NCBI GenBank assembly: GCA_943371935.1
Contig: CALRWS020000012.1
Coordinates: forward strand, 40,464 to 104,463
DNA: 64,000 nt
From: Chitinophaga pinensis
GTDB taxonomy: Bacteria > Pseudomonadota > Gammaproteobacteria > Xanthomonadales > Xanthomonadaceae
Direction: 5' to 3'
In this document: in pieces, positions 10,691 to 22,558 of the stretch
Position numbering within the stretch: the stretch's first letter is position 1
How the letters are laid out: the number at the start of each line of letters is the position of its first letter
Notes under the pieces: generated by a model
Database searches by the model: none
Seen by the model: the letters and a program-made list of their open reading frames with translations, nothing else
What the model was told of the DNA's origin: nothing
Translations under genes and position numbers: made by a program

Positions 10691-11917
10691 ATGCACGACG
10701 ACACCCCGTTCGATCTTTTCGGCTCCGGCCCACCTCCGGCTTCGGGGAAGAAATCGCTCGCAGCCAGCGCTGTGGCTGCGAAGCGTTCGCCGCTGCAACG
10801 CGAGTTTGATCGCCTGACCGGGCAGATCGAAGAGCGTCAGGCATTGCTCGCCGCATGGCAGCAACAGCCGGCCGTGATCCTGCAGAAGTATCACGCGGAA
10901 CTGGAACCCGTCCTGCAGCAGCTCACGGATGTGCAGAAAAGCCTGGTCGTACAGCTCGACGCGCTGCTGACCTCGCCGCCGAAAGGTCTGCGCATGACGG
11001 CGCGGCGGCGCGACGCGTTGACCGACTGCCTGCTCGATCTGATCGACAACGTCATGGCGCACGGCGCCGACGACACTCTGATCGATATCCACGACCGTCA
11101 CAGCGACACGCCCATGGTCGAAATCGAGAAGGAGGATGAGGCCGAGCGGGAGGCGGAGATCATCGAATTATTCCGGCAGATCGGCGAAGCCGGTATCGAA
11201 CGGCGTGCGGACGAATCGCACGAAGCCTTCGTGGAACGCGCCCAAGCACGGCTGTTCGACGCACTGGACGCCGAAGAGCGCAGGAAAGAAACACAACGAC
11301 AAAAACGCGCCGACAAGCGCTCCGCGAAAAAGGACGCCAGGCGCACGAAGACGCCACCGCCGTCAGGCAACGACGACGATGCCGCATCGCCCAGGCCCGA
11401 CCTGCTGCGCGCGCTGTATCGCAAGCTCGCCAGTAACATGCATCCCGATCGCGAATTCGACGCCGACGAAAAGCTGCGCAAGACCGAAGCCATGCAGGGG
11501 CTCAATACCGCCTACCAGAACAAGGACCTGCTCTCCCTGCTGAAATTGCACAATCGCACCCTGCAGAGCGACGCCGTCGCCGACACGCTGGCCGAAGACA
11601 CCCTGCGCGAGTACAACGCGCTGCTGAAGGCGCAGCTCAAGTCGCTGGAATCCACGATCGCGCGCACCATCGAAGACGCCACGCCGCCCGCCATCGCGAT
11701 GATGCATGGCCGCATCAAGCGCCCGGAACAACTCGAACAGCTGATGGACGCGGACATCCGGAAGATGGCGCGCACTGTCGAAACCGTGCGCGTCACCGTG
11801 CGCGATCTCGACAATCCGAAACTGCGGGCGAACGTGATCAACGAGCTGGTGGAGATGGCCGAGGAACGCCGCATGCTGGATGCGTTCGACGAGATCGCGG
11901 GAGATTATTTCCGTTGA
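10691..11917 (+). CDS. Coiled-coil protein with internal J-domain
   Basis: LRALYRKLASNMHPDRE...EAMQGLNTAY: J-domain helix II-HPD-helix III; flanks are charged and helical. Confidence 0.75.
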   Translation: MHDDTPFDLFGSGPPPASGKKSLAASAVAAKRSPLQREFDRLTGQIEERQALLAAWQQQPAVILQKYHAELEPVLQQLTDVQKSLVVQLDALLTSPPKGLRMTARRRDALTDCLLDLIDNVMAHGADDTLIDIHDRHSDTPMVEIEKEDEAEREAEIIELFRQIGEAGIERRADESHEAFVERAQARLFDALDAEERRKETQRQKRADKRSAKKDARRTKTPPPSGNDDDAASPRPDLLRALYRKLASNMHPDREFDADEKLRKTEAMQGLNTAYQNKDLLSLLKLHNRTLQSDAVADTLAEDTLREYNALLKAQLKSLESTIARTIEDATPPAIAMMHGRIKRPEQLEQLMDADIRKMARTVETVRVTVRDLDNPKLRANVINELVEMAEERRMLDAFDEIAGDYFR

Positions 11918-11963
11918 CGAGTGCGATGCGCAACGTTCTGCGTACGCCCTGACCAGCAGGCGC

Positions 11964-12395
11964 TTACCCATACCTGCGCAGCTCTACCGTTTCCTGGACG
12001 CACCCCGCGGCCTCCAGCCATGCGTGACTCTGCAACGCCGCCACCATCACATCGCTGCCCAGCGCCAACTCGGTGTCCTCGGCGCGCTCGGCTAGACGGC
12101 GCAGGCGCACGAGACGCGGATGCAGCGCATCCGCCGCAGCCAGGTCGGCCTGCGCCGCGGCGAGATCCAGGTCAGGCACCATGCACTGCGGTTGCGCAGC
12201 CATCGCCGTCAACGTCCGCCGACAGAACGCCTCGGACTTCTCGCCCATTCTGGCCAATCCCAGCTGGATATCGGGCCGCAGCGAAATCAGCATGCCCAAT
12301 CGCGATTCCAGCGCATCGAGCGCCGCATCCACCGCCGCCAGATCCTCGGCAGCGAACGTCAGCGACAATCGCGCCTCCGACAAACGCACGTCCAT
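11964..12395 (-). CDS. Conserved xanthomonad-type hypothetical protein, possibly C-terminally degenerate
   Basis: LSLTFAAEDLAAVDAALDALE...MGEKSEAFCRRTL...DTELALGSDVM resembles a recurrent hypothetical family (from memory); tail looks divergent. Confidence 0.6.
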   Translation of the reverse strand: MDVRLSEARLSLTFAAEDLAAVDAALDALESRLGMLISLRPDIQLGLARMGEKSEAFCRRTLTAMAAQPQCMVPDLDLAAAQADLAAADALHPRLVRLRRLAERAEDTELALGSDVMVAALQSHAWLEAAGCVQETVELRRYG

Positions 12396-12710
12396 CCCAC
12401 ACCTCCCGTCGTTCACGGGCGAATTCCCGCGGTGCAGACAGCATCGCGAAACGTTGCATGCCCCTATATCGGAGGACTGCACGACATCGTGTAGGAAATA
12501 TCCGATTCGCCGCACAGCCCGTGCACGATGCATATCGCCAGAAACATCATTGCCACGGCAATCATCTGGCATGCGCTGCCCGGAGTCGGCCCCGTTTTGC
12601 AAAGGGGGCTGGGCGCGTGATCGACGTGCTTTGAGGTAGATGATCGTTGCGCTGCAACGATCAAAGCTTCCGCGATCACCGCGGCTATGCAGTGAGCGAA
12701 GCCATGAATG

Positions 12711-12739
12711 ACGAAGGCCCCGCGGTGCGGGGCCTTCGT
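12711..12739. terminator. Hairpin, likely purA terminator
   Basis: acgaaggccccgc-ggt-gcggggccttcgt, 13-bp stem about 100 nt past the purA stop. Confidence 0.6.
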
Positions 12740-12762
12740 GGATGCGCGGGTATGGATGTTCA

Positions 12763-12794
12763 AGCAGATCCCTCGCCTGCGGCTCGGGATGACA
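12763..12794. repeat. Single arm of (C/T)GTC-tagged palindromic repeat
   Basis: AGCAGATCCCTCGCCTGCGGCTCGGGATGACA, near-identical to the arm at 34366-34395. Confidence 0.75.
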
Positions 12795-12841
12795 GCACTG
12801 GTTCCGATCTTTCGAGCATTCCGATCGTCAGATCGTTCAGA

Positions 12842-14398
<1,557 letters not shown>

Positions 14399-14584
14399 TC
14401 AATGGCGGACGAAGTACAGCGCCACCAGCCCGGCGATCAGCATCAGACCGCCGATCAGCCGCAGTTGCTGCGGAGGCATGGCCAGCAGTTGCTCGGCCGC
14501 CCGCCTCCACACGTTGGGGAAGGCGAACAGCGCCAGCCCTTCAAGCACCGCAACGAGGGCGAGTGCAGCCCAGAGATCGGTCAT
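14399..14584 (-). CDS. DUF2065 (YjeT-like) small membrane protein
   Basis: LALVAVLEGLALFAFP..W..........LRLIG; conserved position between hflC and purA. Confidence 0.9.
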   Translation of the reverse strand: MTDLWAALALVAVLEGLALFAFPNVWRRAAEQLLAMPPQQLRLIGGLMLIAGLVALYFVRH

Positions 14585-14595
14585 GCGCGATGCGA

Positions 14596-15459
14596 TCAGC
14601 GATCGCTGCGCATGTACTGCAGGAACGGATCGTCCTTGTCGAGCACGATCACCGCGTCGCCGTCGGAGAACGAGCCTCTGTAGGCTTCGAGACTGCGCTG
14701 GAAGGCGTAGAAACCCGGGTCGGCGTTCGCGGCAGTGCCGTAGATGCGCGCGGCCTCGCCATCGCCCTCGCCTCGCATCACCTGCGCGTCGCGCTCGGCT
14801 TCGGCCAGGATCACGTTGCTGTCGCGGTCGGCCTTGGCGCGGATCTCGTTGGCCTGCTCTTCGCCTTCGGCGCGGAGTTTGCTGGCGACCTGTTGGCGCT
14901 GCGCGCTCATGCGGCGGTAGACGTCGCGGATGACCTGGCTGTCGGTGGGCAGATCGATCTGTTTGATGCGCAGGTCGACGATGCGCACGCCCAGCGTGGC
15001 GGCGGCCTTGTTGATGGCGGCGAGCTGGGTGCCCGAGATCTTGCTGCGCTCGCCCGACACCACCTCGGACAGGGTGCGCGTATTGATCTCGTTGCGCAGC
15101 GAGTCCTTGATGATCGGTTCGAGGCGCGCGATGGCCACGCTTTCGTCGCCGGCAGTCGCGCGGTAGAACGCCTGGGTGTTGCGGATCTGGCCGACGGCGA
15201 AGAAATCCACGCTCACGTCCTTGCGTTCGGAGGTGAGGTAGCGCTCGGGTTCGGCCGGCAACACCTGGAAGCGGCCGTCGAAGATGCGCGCGCTTTCGAC
15301 CAGCGGCACCTTGAAATGCAGGCCCGGGCCGAGGTCGCTGCGGACGACCTTGCCGAGATTCAGCACGATGGCGGTATGGCCTTCGCGCACGATGAAGACC
15401 GAGCCGAGCAGCGTGAACAGCACAGCGATGACCGCTGGGACCAGGACTGACATTTTCAT
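14596..15459 (-). CDS. hflC: Protease modulator HflC
   Basis: N-terminal TM, PGLHFKVP, RMSAQRQQVASKLRAEG, FYAFQRSLEAYR. Confidence 0.97.
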   Translation of the reverse strand: MKMSVLVPAVIAVLFTLLGSVFIVREGHTAIVLNLGKVVRSDLGPGLHFKVPLVESARIFDGRFQVLPAEPERYLTSERKDVSVDFFAVGQIRNTQAFYRATAGDESVAIARLEPIIKDSLRNEINTRTLSEVVSGERSKISGTQLAAINKAAATLGVRIVDLRIKQIDLPTDSQVIRDVYRRMSAQRQQVASKLRAEGEEQANEIRAKADRDSNVILAEAERDAQVMRGEGDGEAARIYGTAANADPGFYAFQRSLEAYRGSFSDGDAVIVLDKDDPFLQYMRSDR

Positions 15460-16586
15460 CGGCTGTCTCCTCCGTTGCGACCTGCGCTGCGGGCCTTACG
15501 GGCGGTCGTGGGTTCTTCGGGGGTTGCGGTGACGGTGGGTGCGATCAGCTCCGGCGGCGGCGCTTGGGCCCCGGTCGGCGCCGCGCCGCGACCCGGCGCG
15601 ACCGGCAGGTACAGCAGTTGGCGACTGTCGCCGCCGACGATCTTGCGGTTGTCGGCCAGCACTTTCTGCACCGTTTCCAGCCACAGACGCTTGCGGGTGA
15701 CTTCCGGCGCGCCGCGGTACTGCTGCAGCAGGGACGTGAAGCGCGAGGCGTCACCGGTGGCGCGGGCGATGGAAGCGGTCTTGTAGCCTTCGGCCACGGT
15801 GCGGGTGCGCGCGGCTTCGCCTCGGGCTTCGGGCACGATCTTCGCGGCGTAGGCACGGGCCTCGCTGATCAGGCGGTCCTTGTCCTGCTGGGCGCTGTTG
15901 ACGTCGTCGAAGGCGGGCTTCACTTCTTCCGGCGGACGCGCGTTGGGCAGGTTGAGTTCGGTGACGGCCAAGCCGGTGTTGTAGGTCTGCAGCGATTTCT
16001 GCAGGCGGGTACGTGCGGCTACCGCCAGCGCGTCGCGCGCGCCCAGCACGGTGTCGAGGGTGGAGCGGCCAACCTGTTCGCGCACCGAACTCAGCGCAGC
16101 CTGCTTCAGCATTTCCTCGGCGTCGCGGGTGCCGAACAGTGACAGGCGCGCATCGCTGATGCGGTACTGCACGTTGATCTCGACCTGGACGATGTTCTCG
16201 TCGCTGGTCAGTATCGGCACGCTGTCGCTGTAGTTCTTGATCTCGGTGGCGTTGACCTTGTAGACGCTTTCGATCGGCCACGGCAGCTTGAAGCCGGGGC
16301 CCGGCGCCATCGTCCGCGAATACTTGCCGAACTGGAGTACGACGCCGCGCTGTTGTTCGGTGACCAGCACGAAGCAGCTGAAGATCAGCCAGAGCACGAC
16401 CAGGCCAGCGATCCAGCGCAACGGGTTGCCGCCGCCGGCACCGTCGAAGAAACCGCGCAGGCGGGCGACGATATCGTCCATGCCTCCGCCACCGCCACGG
16501 CCGGTCTGGCGGGGCTTCCACGGGGAGCGATTACCGCCGCTACCGGAAGAAGAGTCGTTGTTGTTACCGGGAGTATTCCAGGCCAT
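15456..16586 (-). CDS. hflK: Protease modulator HflK
   Basis: MAWNTPG, Gly-rich N-terminus, SPFH domain, AFDDVNSAQQD, RLWLETV. Confidence 0.97.
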   Translation of the reverse strand: MAWNTPGNNNDSSSGSGGNRSPWKPRQTGRGGGGGMDDIVARLRGFFDGAGGGNPLRWIAGLVVLWLIFSCFVLVTEQQRGVVLQFGKYSRTMAPGPGFKLPWPIESVYKVNATEIKNYSDSVPILTSDENIVQVEINVQYRISDARLSLFGTRDAEEMLKQAALSSVREQVGRSTLDTVLGARDALAVAARTRLQKSLQTYNTGLAVTELNLPNARPPEEVKPAFDDVNSAQQDKDRLISEARAYAAKIVPEARGEAARTRTVAEGYKTASIARATGDASRFTSLLQQYRGAPEVTRKRLWLETVQKVLADNRKIVGGDSRQLLYLPVAPGRGAAPTGAQAPPPELIAPTVTATPEEPTTARKARSAGRNGGDSR

Positions 16587-16651
16587 GCCCGCTCCAAAGC
16601 GAAGGTGTCAAAGCGAATGCGCTCCGCAGGAATGCGGGCGGGGGGTGCATA

Positions 16652-18007
16652 TTACAAGGGAAGGTCGTCGTCGCCCGGCGGCAGCAGCGCCTCGAAGGCG
16701 TCTCCACCGGGGCCGGCGGCCAGTTTTTCGGCGTCACTCAGGGCCAGATCGACCTCGAGCGTCCAGCCGCCGTCGTCTTCGTGCGTTTCCGCGCGCACCG
16801 CTTCCAGTTCGTACAGACGCGCGCGCAGACGCCCGGCGCGTGACGGCAGGCGGATCGTGCCGGCGATGCGGCGCAGGCCCAGCCGCGCGACCAGCGCCGC
16901 GCGCAGCAGGTCCAGACCCAGGCCATCGCGGGCCGACAGCCAGACCCGTTCGCGTGCGATCTCGTCCAGGCCATGATCGGCGACCGGCTCGCCTTCTTCG
17001 ATCGGCCGCACGGCCGGGTCGTGACGCGGCACGGCGCCTTCCACCCGGTCGATCTTGTTGTAAACCAGCAGTTGCGGGATGTCGCCCGCGCCGATCTCGG
17101 CCAGCACCGCGTCGACCTGGGCGATGCGCTCGTCGCGCAGCGGGTCGGCGGCGTCGATCACATGCAGCAGCAGATCGGCTTCGCGCGCCTCCGAAAGCGT
17201 CGAACGGAACGCCGCGACCAGATCGTGCGGCAGGTCGCGGACGAAGCCGACGGTGTCGGCCAGCATCGCCGCGCCGCCGGGCAGCGTGATCCGGCGCACG
17301 GTCGGGTCGAGGGTCGCGAACAGGCGGTCGTCGGCATAGGCATCGGCGCCGGTGATCGCATTGAACAGCGTGGATTTGCCGGCATTGGTATAGCCCACCA
17401 GCGCCACCCGCGGCAGCTCGCTGCGCACGCGCGCGCGGCGCATCTGGGTGTGCTGCACCTCCACTTTCTCTAGCCGCTTCTGCAACTGCTCCACCCGCTT
17501 CTGCAGCAGGCGGCGGTCGGTTTCGAGCTGGGTTTCGCCGGGGCCGCGCAGACCGATGGCGCCGCCGCGCTGGCGTTCCAGATGGCTCCAGCCGCGCACC
17601 AGACGCGTGGCCATGTGCCGGAGCTGGGCCAGTTCGACCTGCAGCTTGCCTTCGTGACTGCGCGCGCGCTGGGCGAAGATGTCGAGGATCAGGCCGGTAC
17701 GGTCGACCACGCGGCGGCCCAGCGCCTTTTCGAGATTGCGCTCCTGCACCGGGCTGAGCCTGTGGTTGACCAGCACCAGATCGGCGCCGGTGGCGTCGGC
17801 CGCGGCCTTCACCTCTTCCAGCTTGCCGCTGCCGATGAGGATGGCCGCGTTGGGGCGGTCGATGCGGGCATGCAGCAGCGCCGCGACCGTGGCGCCGGCG
17901 GAGCGGGCGAGATCGGCGAATTCTTCCAGCACATCGGGTTCCGGCGGGCCGCCGGCATGGGTCTGGATCAGCAGCGCGATTTCGCCCTTGCGGGATCGTT
18001 CGAACAA
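16652..18007 (-). CDS. hflX: Ribosome-splitting GTPase HflX
   Basis: LILDIFAQRA, GPGETQLETDRR, GYTNAGKST, DTVGF, NKID; TTG start. Confidence 0.97.
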   Translation of the reverse strand: MFERSRKGEIALLIQTHAGGPPEPDVLEEFADLARSAGATVAALLHARIDRPNAAILIGSGKLEEVKAAADATGADLVLVNHRLSPVQERNLEKALGRRVVDRTGLILDIFAQRARSHEGKLQVELAQLRHMATRLVRGWSHLERQRGGAIGLRGPGETQLETDRRLLQKRVEQLQKRLEKVEVQHTQMRRARVRSELPRVALVGYTNAGKSTLFNAITGADAYADDRLFATLDPTVRRITLPGGAAMLADTVGFVRDLPHDLVAAFRSTLSEAREADLLLHVIDAADPLRDERIAQVDAVLAEIGAGDIPQLLVYNKIDRVEGAVPRHDPAVRPIEEGEPVADHGLDEIARERVWLSARDGLGLDLLRAALVARLGLRRIAGTIRLPSRAGRLRARLYELEAVRAETHEDDGGWTLEVDLALSDAEKLAAGPGGDAFEALLPPGDDDLPL

Positions 18008-18197
18008 ACCGGGGATATCCGTGGGGGAAAACAGATGCCCAGTATGCCGCGCGCGGGCTCGCCGCGCGCGTCCGCATGACGAATGGCCGGAGACGGGTGT
18101 CGCCCGCCGACGGCAGAATCACTTCATGGCGTGGCCGGCAGCGTCGGAACGCCGCCGGCCGCACGACCGTCCTTCAGACGATCGTCCTGCAGGAGGA

Positions 18198-18485
18198 TCA
18201 GTCGGCCGTGGCCGCGAGGACGCCGCTGGTGTCGTCGTCGGTTTCGGCCGAATGCACATAGCCGCCACCCGGGCCCACGCGCACGTTGCGCGCCGGCACC
18301 ACGGTGGAAATCGCGTGTTTGTAGACCATCTGACTGACGGTGTTTCGCAACAGGACGACGAACTGATCGAACGATTCGATCGTGCCCTGCAATTTGATGC
18401 CGTTGACGAGATAGATCGAAACCGGAACGCGCTCACGGCGCAAAGCGTTCAGGAAAGGATCCTGCAAAGACTGCCCCTTCGACAT
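18198..18485 (-). CDS. hfq: RNA chaperone Hfq
   Basis: [34 protein letters not shown]...[10 protein letters not shown]. Confidence 0.99.
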   Translation of the reverse strand: MSKGQSLQDPFLNALRRERVPVSIYLVNGIKLQGTIESFDQFVVLLRNTVSQMVYKHAISTVVPARNVRVGPGGGYVHSAETDDDTSGVLAATAD

Positions 18486-18699
18486 GGTGTTCCCCATTTT
18501 GGGTCTTGTTATTGGATGCAACATGATCGTGACGATCGCATGATGGATTGCATGATTGGTCGTTCGCCGGCGGCCCGGTCGCATCGCGACCCGCATCCCC
18601 TGCCGGACACCCGGATGGTTACACAACTGCGCGTGAACCGGAAGCCGGCCGAAGGTCGCACGCGCCCGCATCGCGACGATTGTCGCAGCGACAGCCCGT

Positions 18700-19659
18700 T
18701 CAGCTTTTCAGGAACCCCCGCAGCGCGTCGTCCAATCGCGACGCATCGATCGCGGGATCGAACCAGCGCAGATCGAGCGCGCCGCGCAGCCAGGTGAACT
18801 GGCGCTTGGCGAGCTGCCGCGTGGCGAAGATCGCGCGGTCGCGGAAATCGTTCGCAGACAGCGCACCATCGAGATACTCCCAGGCCTGGCGATAGCCGAC
18901 CGCACGCAGCGCGGGAAGATCCAGCGGCGCCGGATGCGTGCGCAGTTCCGACAGCGCGCGCAGCGTACGCACTTCGTCGAGGAAACCGGCATCGAGCATC
19001 GCGTCGAAACGGCGCTCGATGCGCGCGTGCAGGATCGTGCGATCCTGCGGCGCCACCGCGAGTTTCAGCACCCGGCACGGAAATGCCTGCGATGCCGCAG
19101 CCGACTCGCGCTGCCAGTCGCTGATCGCCCGGCCGCTGAGCCGATACACCTCCAGCGCACGCTGGATCCGCTGCGGGTCGGTGGCGTGGATACGCGCGGC
19201 GGCGACGGGATCGACCTGCGCGAGTTCGGCGTGCATCGCCGCCCAGCCGCGTTCGCCGGCTTCCGCTACGAGCTGCGCACGCATCGCGGGATCGGCCTCG
19301 GGCATCGGCGACAGCCCCTGCAGCAAGGCGCGGAAATACAGGCCGGTGCCGCCGGCGAGGATCGGCAGGCGACCGCGCGCGACGATGTCTTCGACTGCGA
19401 CGCGCGCATCGTTGGCGAAATCGGCGGCCGAATAGCGCTGCCAGGGATCGCGCACATCGATCAGATGATGCGGCACCGCTGCGAGCTCATCGGCGGTGGG
19501 TTTCGCTGCGCCGATATCGAGCCCGCGATACACCAGCGCCGAATCGACGCTGACGATCTCGCCATCGCAACGCTGCGCCCAGTCCAGCGCGAGCGCGGTC
19601 TTGCCCGAAGCGGTCGGGCCCATCAGCGCGATGGCGAGCGGGCGGGTGTCGGTAGCCAT
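18700..19659 (-). CDS. miaA: tRNA dimethylallyltransferase
   Basis: [37 protein letters not shown]. Confidence 0.98.
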   Translation of the reverse strand: MATDTRPLAIALMGPTASGKTALALDWAQRCDGEIVSVDSALVYRGLDIGAAKPTADELAAVPHHLIDVRDPWQRYSAADFANDARVAVEDIVARGRLPILAGGTGLYFRALLQGLSPMPEADPAMRAQLVAEAGERGWAAMHAELAQVDPVAAARIHATDPQRIQRALEVYRLSGRAISDWQRESAAASQAFPCRVLKLAVAPQDRTILHARIERRFDAMLDAGFLDEVRTLRALSELRTHPAPLDLPALRAVGYRQAWEYLDGALSANDFRDRAIFATRQLAKRQFTWLRGALDLRWFDPAIDASRLDDALRGFLKS

Positions 19660-19676
19660 GAAAAATCCAAAACTCC

Positions 19677-19785
19677 CGTAGGAGGGGCTTCAGCCCCGAG
19701 CACTTCAGCCCCGATCACCGTGGCCTCAATCACTGCGTCCGCGATCATCGAAGCGGTAGAGATCGGGGCTGAAGCCCCTCCTACG
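19677..19785. repeat. GTAG-family REP doublet with internal partial duplication
   Basis: CGTAGGAGGGGCTTCAGCCCCGA ... TCGGGGCTGAAGCCCCTCCTACG; extra ttcagccccga inside. Confidence 0.9.
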
Positions 19786-19789
19786 AAAC

Positions 19790-21298
19790 TCAGTAGCCAT
19801 GCACCTTCAGCGTCTCCATCACGCCCTTGTGCCGGAACTGCACTTCGTCGGACGGCGCCTTGCCGATGCGGCTCACCAGCAGGATCGCGATGCATGCGGC
19901 GATCACGCCCGGCACCATTTCGTAGAGTTCGCTGCCGTGCTGGGCGACGGCGATTTCCTTCCAGAGAATCACGGTGACAGCGCCGGCCACCATCCCGGCG
20001 AACGCGCCGTTGCGGGTCATGCGTGCCCAGAACAGCGAGAACAGCACCACCGGGCCGAACGCGGCGCCGAAACCGGCCCACGCGTACGAGACCAGCCCCA
20101 GCACCTTGCTGTCCGGATCGCGCGCGATCCAGATCGCCAGCAGCGCCACCATCAACACCATCGAGCGACCGAACCACACCAGTTCGCGCTGGCTCGCATT
20201 CGGGCGCACGAAACCCTTGTAGAAATCCTCGGTGAGCGCGCTGGAACACACCAGCAGCTGGCACGACAGCGTGCTCATGATCGCGGCGAGGATCGCCGAC
20301 AGCAGCACGCCCGCGACCCAGGGATTGAACAGCACGGTCGCGAGCTGGATGAAGATACGCTCTGAATTCTCCGCGACCGGGCCGACCTGATCCGGATGCG
20401 TCGCGAAATAGGCATTGCCGAAGAAACCCACCGCCATCGCGCCGAACAGGCACAGCACCATCCAGGTCATGCCGATGCGGCGCGCCTTGGGAATGGTGGT
20501 CAGCGAATCGGCGGCCATGAAGCGCGCGAGGATGTGCGGCTGCCCGAAATACCCGAGCCCCCAGGCCAGCAGCGAGACGATGCCGACGACACCTAGCGTG
20601 CCGCCTTTGAACCAGTCGAGCTTGGTCGGGTCGGTCTGCTCGATCAGCGCGACGCTGGCTTCGACGCCGCCGCTGCCCAGCACCACCATGATCGGGGTCA
20701 GCACCAGCGCGAAGATCATCAGCGACGCCTGCACGGTGTCGGTCCAGCTCACCGCGAGGAAGCCGCCGATCAGCGTATAGAGAATGGTCGCCGCCGCGCC
20801 CCACCACAGCGCCTGCGCATACGGCACGCCGAACACGCTTTCGAACAGCCGCGCGCCCGCGACGATACCGCTGGCGCAGTACACCGCGAAGAACACCAGG
20901 ATCACGACCGCCGAGAACACCCGCAGCACCTTGCTGCGATCCTCGAAGCGATGGGTGAAGTAATCCGGCAAGGTCAGCGCGTTGTGCGTGCGCTCGGTGT
21001 AGATGCGCAATGGCCCGGCCACGAATTTCCAGTTGCACCACGCGCCGACGATCAGGCCGATCGCGATCCATGCCTCCGACACGCCGCCGAGATACAGCGC
21101 CCCGGGCAGGCCCATCAGCAGCCAGCCGCTCATGTCCGACGCGCCGGCGGACAGCGCGGTGACCAGGCTTCCCAGCGAACGCCCGCCGAGAATGTAGTCG
21201 TCGAAACTGCGGGTCGAACGCCAGGCCCACAGGCCGATCAGGATCATCGCGATCAGATAGATGCCGAAGGTGATGAGGAGCGGCTGGCCAGCGGTCAT
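19790..21298 (-). CDS. putP: Sodium/proline symporter
   Basis: DYILGGRSLG..VTALSAGASDMSGWLLMGLPG, WGLGYFGQPHILARFM, AIMST, YAWAGFGAAFGP. Confidence 0.95.
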   Translation of the reverse strand: MTAGQPLLITFGIYLIAMILIGLWAWRSTRSFDDYILGGRSLGSLVTALSAGASDMSGWLLMGLPGALYLGGVSEAWIAIGLIVGAWCNWKFVAGPLRIYTERTHNALTLPDYFTHRFEDRSKVLRVFSAVVILVFFAVYCASGIVAGARLFESVFGVPYAQALWWGAAATILYTLIGGFLAVSWTDTVQASLMIFALVLTPIMVVLGSGGVEASVALIEQTDPTKLDWFKGGTLGVVGIVSLLAWGLGYFGQPHILARFMAADSLTTIPKARRIGMTWMVLCLFGAMAVGFFGNAYFATHPDQVGPVAENSERIFIQLATVLFNPWVAGVLLSAILAAIMSTLSCQLLVCSSALTEDFYKGFVRPNASQRELVWFGRSMVLMVALLAIWIARDPDSKVLGLVSYAWAGFGAAFGPVVLFSLFWARMTRNGAFAGMVAGAVTVILWKEIAVAQHGSELYEMVPGVIAACIAILLVSRIGKAPSDEVQFRHKGVMETLKVHGY

Positions 21299-21410
21299 GT
21301 CGAGGTCCGGAAGCGTTGCGGATGGCGCGCAGCATACCCCGACCGGCGCTGGCGACGATGCCGCTGCCGGGCCGGCTTGCAACCGCAGCGGGTTTGCGTA
21401 CGCTTGGCCC

Positions 21411-22490
21411 ATGCCTCTGTGGAAACGCCTCGGTTTTCTGTTCGTCTTCGTGGTGCCGGCGTTGATGCCCGCGGCCGCATGGCTCGGCGCGCGCAGCGGT
21501 TACCCCGACCTGATGGCCTGGTTCCCGCTGTTCTTCCTGTTCGTGCTGCTGCCGCTGGCCGACTACGGCCTCGGCCACGATCCGCGCAATCCCGATGCGA
21601 CGCAGGCGAAAGCACTCGAGGCCGATTACTGGTTCCGGATCATGACGCTCGCGGCGCTGCCCGCACAGCTCGGCGTGCTGGCATGGTCGGCCCGGCATTT
21701 CGCGCACGCCGATTTCGGCGCCGCGGGCATCGCCGGCTGGCTGCTGTCGCAGGGCATCGTCGGCGGCGTGCTGGCGATCAACGTCGCCCACGAACTGATC
21801 CACAAGGACACCGCGCTGGAACGCGGCGCCGGCGGCCTGCTCCTGACCAGCGTCGGTTACCACGGTTTCAAGATCGAACACGTCCGCGGACATCACGTGC
21901 ATGTGTCCACGCCCGAAGACGCGTCCAGCGCGCGCTTCGGGCAATCGCTGTGGCACTTCCTGCCGCGCGCCCTCGTCCGCAACACCGCGAATGCATGGGC
22001 GCTGGAAGCGCGGCGCCTGCATGCGCAGGGCAAGCGATGGTGGAGCATCGACAACGAATTGATCCGCTGGACGGCGCTGTGGCTGACGCTGGCAGCGATG
22101 TCCGCGATCTGGCTGGGGCCGGCCGGGCTGGCGTTCTTCGTCGTCCAGGGCTTCTTCGCCGCGTGTTCGCTGGAGATCATCAACTACATCGAGCATTACG
22201 GTCTGGAACGGCAGCGCGTGGGCGACGGGCGCTACGAGCGCACCACCCATCTGCATTCGTGGAATTCCGATTATCTGATCAGCAACCTGCTGCTGTTCCA
22301 GTTGCAGCGTCATTCCGACCACCACGAAACGCCGCGTCGCCGCTATCAGGCACTCCTGCATCACGCGGATAGCCCGCAGTTGCCGGGCGGATACGCCGCG
22401 ATGTTCATGCTGGCGCTGTGTCCGCCACTGTGGTTCCGGGTCGTGGACCCGCGCGTGCGAGCGTTCCGCGCCGGCGTCGGATCGCGCTGA
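21411..22490 (+). CDS. alkB: Alkane 1-monooxygenase (AlkB-family membrane diiron enzyme)
   Basis: His boxes HELIHK, HVRGHH, NYIEHYG and LQRHSDHH; multiple TM helices. Confidence 0.88.
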   Translation: MPLWKRLGFLFVFVVPALMPAAAWLGARSGYPDLMAWFPLFFLFVLLPLADYGLGHDPRNPDATQAKALEADYWFRIMTLAALPAQLGVLAWSARHFAHADFGAAGIAGWLLSQGIVGGVLAINVAHELIHKDTALERGAGGLLLTSVGYHGFKIEHVRGHHVHVSTPEDASSARFGQSLWHFLPRALVRNTANAWALEARRLHAQGKRWWSIDNELIRWTALWLTLAAMSAIWLGPAGLAFFVVQGFFAACSLEIINYIEHYGLERQRVGDGRYERTTHLHSWNSDYLISNLLLFQLQRHSDHHETPRRRYQALLHHADSPQLPGGYAAMFMLALCPPLWFRVVDPRVRAFRAGVGSR

Positions 22491-22558
22491 ACCCTGCTTT
22501 ACGGCGGGCGCTGCGCCCACGTAAAGTCCCGACCACCTCCGTCATCCTCTGGTCGTCC

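Noticed and set aside
12641-12663. Perfect 10-bp inverted repeat TGATCGTTGC-gct-GCAACGATCA
   Set aside because: Real, but about 250 nt from the nearest start, single copy, and no regulator to assign
16630-16660. Sigma-32 promoter upstream of hflK (CTTGTA...CCGCAT)
   Set aside because: Mismatches in both boxes and long spacing; not supportable without TSS data
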